Below, piece after piece: positions 60,125 to 64,000 of a stretch of 64,000 bases of DNA. A program made the position numbers and the translations under genes. The DNA is taken from IMG/VR virus record IMGVR_UViG_3300014204_000110; one strand, written 5' to 3'. The stretch comes from a virus. Lineage: Duplodnaviria > Caudoviricetes. The notes beneath the pieces were generated by a model, which was not told where the DNA came from, ran no database searches, and saw only the letters and a program-made list of their open reading frames with translations. Positions within the stretch are counted from its first letter, which is position 1. Each line of letters begins with the position of its first letter.

Positions 60125-60693
60125 GTATCATTCCTTGAAATTATAGATATAACATTATTTTCTGCTAAATATATTATACATTCTTCTATTGGTGTTTTCC
60201 AATGTTGATCTACTGTTATATATACAAGTTTATCTTCTTTTATATTTTTTAAAGTATCTAATTCTTTTTGTAATTCATTAATTATATTATTATTATAATC
60301 AATATTATTTTTTATAGAAGTAAATAAATATTTAATTTCATCATGTTCAACGTCATGTATAATATAATCATAATCTAATTTTGAATTTTTGGTATTTTCT
60401 ACCATTAATAATATTTCATTTATATTTGGAATTTTTAATAGTTCATTATATTTGTTTAATAAATTTTCATCTTTTTTAATTACTTTTTTATATTCTTTTA
60501 TTTTATTTTTTATTTCTTTAATTTTATCATTTTGATTTATAAAGATACTTTCTTTTTTATCTTTATTGTATATTTGACATAAATCAGTATATATTTTTAT
60601 TAAATTTTCTTGTTCTTTAGGAATATTTGATGGAATTCCTAATATAAAAGATGAACTACTACTGTTACTTACAAAACCATGTCTAGTTTTCAT
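60121..60693 (-). CDS. GFVSNSSSSS-motif protein with coiled-coil insert
   Basis: MKTRHGFVSNSSSSSFIL. Confidence 0.9.
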   Translation of the reverse strand: MKTRHGFVSNSSSSSFILGIPSNIPKEQENLIKIYTDLCQIYNKDKKESIFINQNDKIKEIKNKIKEYKKVIKKDENLLNKYNELLKIPNINEILLMVENTKNSKLDYDYIIHDVEHDEIKYLFTSIKNNIDYNNNIINELQKELDTLKNIKEDKLVYITVDQHWKTPIEECIIYLAENNVISIISRNDT

Positions 60694-60898
60694 TTTTTCT
60701 TTTATTTTCTATTTCTTCAAATGATTTAGGTAATTTTTGTCCAAGATATATAGGAGTTAGTCTTAAAGTTCTTTTATAACTATTGATGTGTTTTTGAGCA
60801 TCTATAGTGTTTGGACAACTTTTACATGGAGTAAGAAATCCTACATTTGGAGCAAAACAATTATGAGAATTTTCTGAATCTGGATGTGTACATTTCAT
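60683..60898 (-). CDS. small Cys-rich protein
   Basis: GAGGT RBS; C..C..PCKSC. Confidence 0.55.
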   Translation of the reverse strand: MKCTHPDSENSHNCFAPNVGFLTPCKSCPNTIDAQKHINSYKRTLRLTPIYLGQKLPKSFEEIENKRKNEN

Positions 60899-61072
60899 TT
60901 ATACCTCAACATATAATACTTTATTTTTTATTTTATAAGAACGTTTTGATTCAACCCAATCTTTAGATTTAAGTTCAGCTGCTTCTTCATAAGATTCAGC
61001 TAATCTATAATTCCAAAATCTTTGTGGTATTTGTGCATTTCCAGATACAAATAACTGTTTAAAATCACTCAT
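60899..61072 (-). CDS. 57-aa hypothetical protein (absent from ORF track)
   Basis: GAGGT RBS; MSDFKQLF...VLYVEV; fills the gap exactly. Confidence 0.55.
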   Translation of the reverse strand: MSDFKQLFVSGNAQIPQRFWNYRLAESYEEAAELKSKDWVESKRSYKIKNKVLYVEV

Positions 61073-62050
61073 TTAAACCTCATATAGTGGACAATTACGG
61101 TTATTAGCTAAAAGTTTTTTTATTTTATCTTTATTAAAAATGGTTATTATCTTGCATATTTTTTTTAAGTATTTTTCAGAAAATCCTTGTTTTAATGCAA
61201 TATTAATTTTTTTATGAATCCATTGTATATTACTTAATGTATATCCAATAGAATTATCAATTCTATCTAATGATGCTGTTGATAGTTTTTTATATCCAAG
61301 TGTTATTGGTAATCCAGTTAAAGCGCAATATCCTTGTTGTTTCTCGAATTTTTTATATGCATCTTCTATTGTTATTGAAAATTCTAAATTTCTTATTTTT
61401 GCTTTTTTTTCAATATCAGACCATTGTGTTTTATATAAATTTTTATATCCAGAAAACGATCGATTTTGTTTTATTACTGGTATATTTGTTATTTTATTTT
61501 TAATTGGATTAATAATTAAATAGCAAAAATATAAAAATATATCATTAGATAGATTTAATTTCATTTTATTAATATCTTTATGTATCCATCTAATATTATC
61601 TAGATTATATGATTTTGATGAATCTATTCTATCTAGTGATGCCGTTTTATTTTTATTTCTATAATCTCCAAGGTTTATTGGTAATCCTGATAGAATACAT
61701 TTATGATTTTGTTTATATAATAAATCTACTGCTTGTTCTATAGATATGTTAAATTTTATTTTTCTTGTTTTTGCGTTATTTTTAATACCAATCCATGTTC
61801 TTGCTGATAATTCTTTATATCCTTTAAAACGATAATTATCTTTTCCTTTTTTATATTGATAGAATAAACATCCACAAGAATAGGTGTGAAATAAATAAGA
61901 ATATGGTTTTTTTAATAATTTTCCACATACGCAATTATATTCAACATACTCATTGAATTTATAATCTATTAGTTTAAATCCTGCTTCTTTAAATTTTAAT
62001 TTGTATTTATTTAATGTTTTTAAATGTTGTTTTTTATTAGATTTATTCAT
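61073..62050 (-). mobile_element. tandem two-domain HNH-like (His-Me finger) homing endonuclease
   Basis: Two copies of C.L[ST]GLPI...ASLDRID....Y...NI.WIHK.IN; AAGGAG RBS before MNKSNKK at 62050. Confidence 0.75.
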
Positions 62051-62110
62051 ATTATATACTCCTTTATTATAGTATAGGAATATATAACACAAATAGCTTT
62101 TAAAAAAACA

Positions 62111-63193
62111 TTAATCAGGATCTATATCAAAAGTTATACATTTTCTACAGCCTGTGGAATAACATGAGTCTAGAGATAGTTTTCTATATTTATTTAGTTT
62201 TTCATTTAACCATACATCTTTTACAAAATTATTACAGTTTAATACATCTAATCCTGTTTCCCATTCACCTTCTCCTTCAGTGAATGAACATGGAAAATAA
62301 AAACCATCAACGTTAATATATGATGAAAATAATCCAAAACTTTCACAACTTTCAATAGATTCAGAAATTGTTTTAACTTTTTCTCTAGACATTTCTGATT
62401 GTTGTAGATAAAGTTCTAGATTTCTAGCATGACAGGAATCCATGCCTAGTGGAATATTATTACTTAAACAATATTCAAATAGTTTATTATAATCGTTTTG
62501 AGATAAATTTGTAAAGTGATCTTTAGCTTTACCGCGTGGTTTAAGTTTAAGTAGCACTACAGCATTAAGTTTTTCTAATCTTTTATCATTTTGAATATCT
62601 TTTAAAACTTCATATACAAAATTAATATTTTCATTCATTACTGTTAAATGTATATTTGTCTGTTTAATATCATTATTTATAAATTTTTGAACTGTGTTAT
62701 AACACATATTTTTATCATATTCATAAGCTGATACAGCAACAGCACCTATATATTTACATGATTCTTTAATAATTTCATCATCTGCATCAAATCCAGATAA
62801 TGTAAAATTTGGTATAATCCCATGTTCTCTAGTATATTTTAAAATTTTTATAAAATCTGGATGACTTTTAATTCCTGTTATACCATAAGCTATTTGACAT
62901 AAAATACTATTATCAAATTTATGAAATATTTTTTTAAACATTTCAAAATCTACTAATTTAATATCATCAACTTTTGAATCTTTATAACAAAATTTACATT
63001 TATTAGCATTAATACATCCATTTACGACCAGCTCCCAGTCCAAAATTTCTGGTCCGTAAAGAGAATATAAAGGATCATCTTCTTCAGTTTTACCCCAACG
63101 TTCAAAGTATCCAGTATGTTTATTAAAGTTAAAATTATAATCATCACTTCTAAATAATTTAAAATCTTTTGTATCTTTAATCATTGGTCTCAT
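62111..63193 (-). CDS. radical SAM protein with CX5CX2C motif and SPASM/Twitch-like C-terminus
   Basis: GPEILDWEL..GCINANKCKFCY; PNFTLSG; GAVAVS; LKPRGK; CES....YINVDG..FPCSF; CYSTGCRKC. Confidence 0.9.
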   Translation of the reverse strand: MRPMIKDTKDFKLFRSDDYNFNFNKHTGYFERWGKTEEDDPLYSLYGPEILDWELVVNGCINANKCKFCYKDSKVDDIKLVDFEMFKKIFHKFDNSILCQIAYGITGIKSHPDFIKILKYTREHGIIPNFTLSGFDADDEIIKESCKYIGAVAVSAYEYDKNMCYNTVQKFINNDIKQTNIHLTVMNENINFVYEVLKDIQNDKRLEKLNAVVLLKLKPRGKAKDHFTNLSQNDYNKLFEYCLSNNIPLGMDSCHARNLELYLQQSEMSREKVKTISESIESCESFGLFSSYINVDGFYFPCSFTEGEGEWETGLDVLNCNNFVKDVWLNEKLNKYRKLSLDSCYSTGCRKCITFDIDPD

Positions 63194-63213
63194 AAGTTGA
63201 TCCTTAAGTTAGG

Positions 63214-63516
63214 TTAAATACATCCACCACAACATCCATATCGTATATTATCGTTTACCAGTTCTAATGCTCTTTGTTTGAGATTTTCAGGAAAGTTACT
63301 TGGATAATTACTTATATTCCAAGATCCTTCATGAGAATTATAATCAGAATCTATATATCCGCCAGAAGATAAACTATATGCTTCAAAAGTATAAATAATA
63401 TTATTTATTCTTAATACTAATGTTCCAGAACATAAGTTTGGATAACTCCCATCATAACTAATTACATCATCTGGTAATTGTTCTATTGGTTCTGCACGTT
63501 CTCTTAAATTAATCAT
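63214..63516 (-). CDS. hypothetical protein (MINLR N-terminus; GCCGGCI C-terminus)
   Basis: YDGSYPNLCSG.L...SGG...W...N.NI..GCCGGCI. Confidence 0.65.
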   Translation of the reverse strand: MINLRERAEPIEQLPDDVISYDGSYPNLCSGTLVLRINNIIYTFEAYSLSSGGYIDSDYNSHEGSWNISNYPSNFPENLKQRALELVNDNIRYGCCGGCI

Positions 63517-63524
63517 AAACTTCC

Positions 63525-63998
63525 TTAATGATTAGAAATTCGTATATGTTCTATATTTTTAAATACATTACCATGTTCCATTGTACAACCAGTATGATTA
63601 TCATCAGCATATTCAACTATATAAATGAAATTCTTTTTATTATCTTTAATAAAAGCTTTAGCATCTAACGCACCAAGTTCTTTTTCTAAAATATTTTGTT
63701 GGTCCCAATATTTAAATGATTCTTTACGTTTATTTTCTAATTGTTTATATTCTTTATGATTTTCAAGATATTGTTTTTTATTTTTTGACCAAGTATCATA
63801 AGTATCTATTTCTTTTTTTGTATATTTCTTTTTAGTAATGCTATTAATTCCATTAGAATAAGCATATTTTGGTTCTGGATTTTTTGTTTTCCATTCTCTT
63901 TCAATTTTCCATTGAGCTTCTTGAATTTTGTTAGATTCTATTTCATGTTCAATTACAAGATCTCGATATTTAAAAAGTAATTCCTGATCAAGTCCCCA
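63525..63998 (-). CDS. 5'-truncated protein, possibly another motif-family member
   Basis: Open to the window edge; coiled-coil followed by IYIVEYADD...MEHGNVF..IEHIRISNH. Confidence 0.6.
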   Translation of the reverse strand, partial: WGLDQELLFKYRDLVIEHEIESNKIQEAQWKIEREWKTKNPEPKYAYSNGINSITKKKYTKKEIDTYDTWSKNKKQYLENHKEYKQLENKRKESFKYWDQQNILEKELGALDAKAFIKDNKKNFIYIVEYADDNHTGCTMEHGNVFKNIEHIRISNH

Positions 63999-64000
63999 AT

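Noticed and set aside
55691-60693. Motif array as a CRISPR array, DGR or DNA-level repeat/cassette system
   Set aside because: Repeats are synonymous-codon diverged and lie at the starts of full ORFs; no identical direct repeats, reverse transcriptase, integrase or attC-like sites were seen
25192-61503. Short + strand ORFs opposite minus-strand genes (25192, 26433, 26500, 29684, 35292, 38280, 40715, 47754, 58715, 59960, 61270)
   Set aside because: Mostly antisense to well-supported genes, with no recognisable RBS or protein motifs
1-64000. Genome-wide TAG or TGA stop-codon reassignment
   Set aside because: Long genes are intact in code 11; TAG and TGA end genes at coupled junctions; the TAG at 45986 is accompanied by a frameshift, so readthrough alone would not repair the gene

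Overview
AT-rich segment of a large (probably jumbo) tailed phage genome, read in the standard genetic code. 1-24.6 kb (+) is a tightly packed virion/structural block. It opens with a 1660-aa protein carrying long Ser-X (SNSP/STSP/SSSI) mucin-like tracts, and the following proteins are markedly enriched in Ser-Gly dipeptides. 24.6-64 kb is almost all on the minus strand. It holds a ClpP-like protease, GroES and a ~17-kb glycosylation island: about 8 glycosyltransferase-like genes, WecB, 2 FkbM methyltransferases, a DegT aminotransferase, a GNAT, a radical SAM enzyme, and one GT split by a 236-nt group I intron. It also holds four tRNAs (three atypical), HNH and GIY-YIG endonucleases, a DnaG-DnaB primase-helicase, a Rad52-like annealase, a Cas4-like nuclease and a sigma-70 factor. 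The most striking element is at 55.7-63.2 kb: 11 small genes that diverge after a shared N-terminal motif M-K-x-R-x-G-F-V-S-N-S-S-S-S-[SN]-[FY], plus a 12th orphan copy at 50.3 kb with an ATA start. The motif is conserved at the protein level, not the DNA level, and the array lies downstream of, and co-oriented with, an atypical CX5CX2C radical SAM/SPASM-type enzyme. This is a candidate phage-encoded 'one enzyme, many tagged proteins' modification system. A second candidate system is phage-encoded O-glycosylation of its own Ser-rich virion proteins. All functional calls are by motif recognition only; no searches were run.
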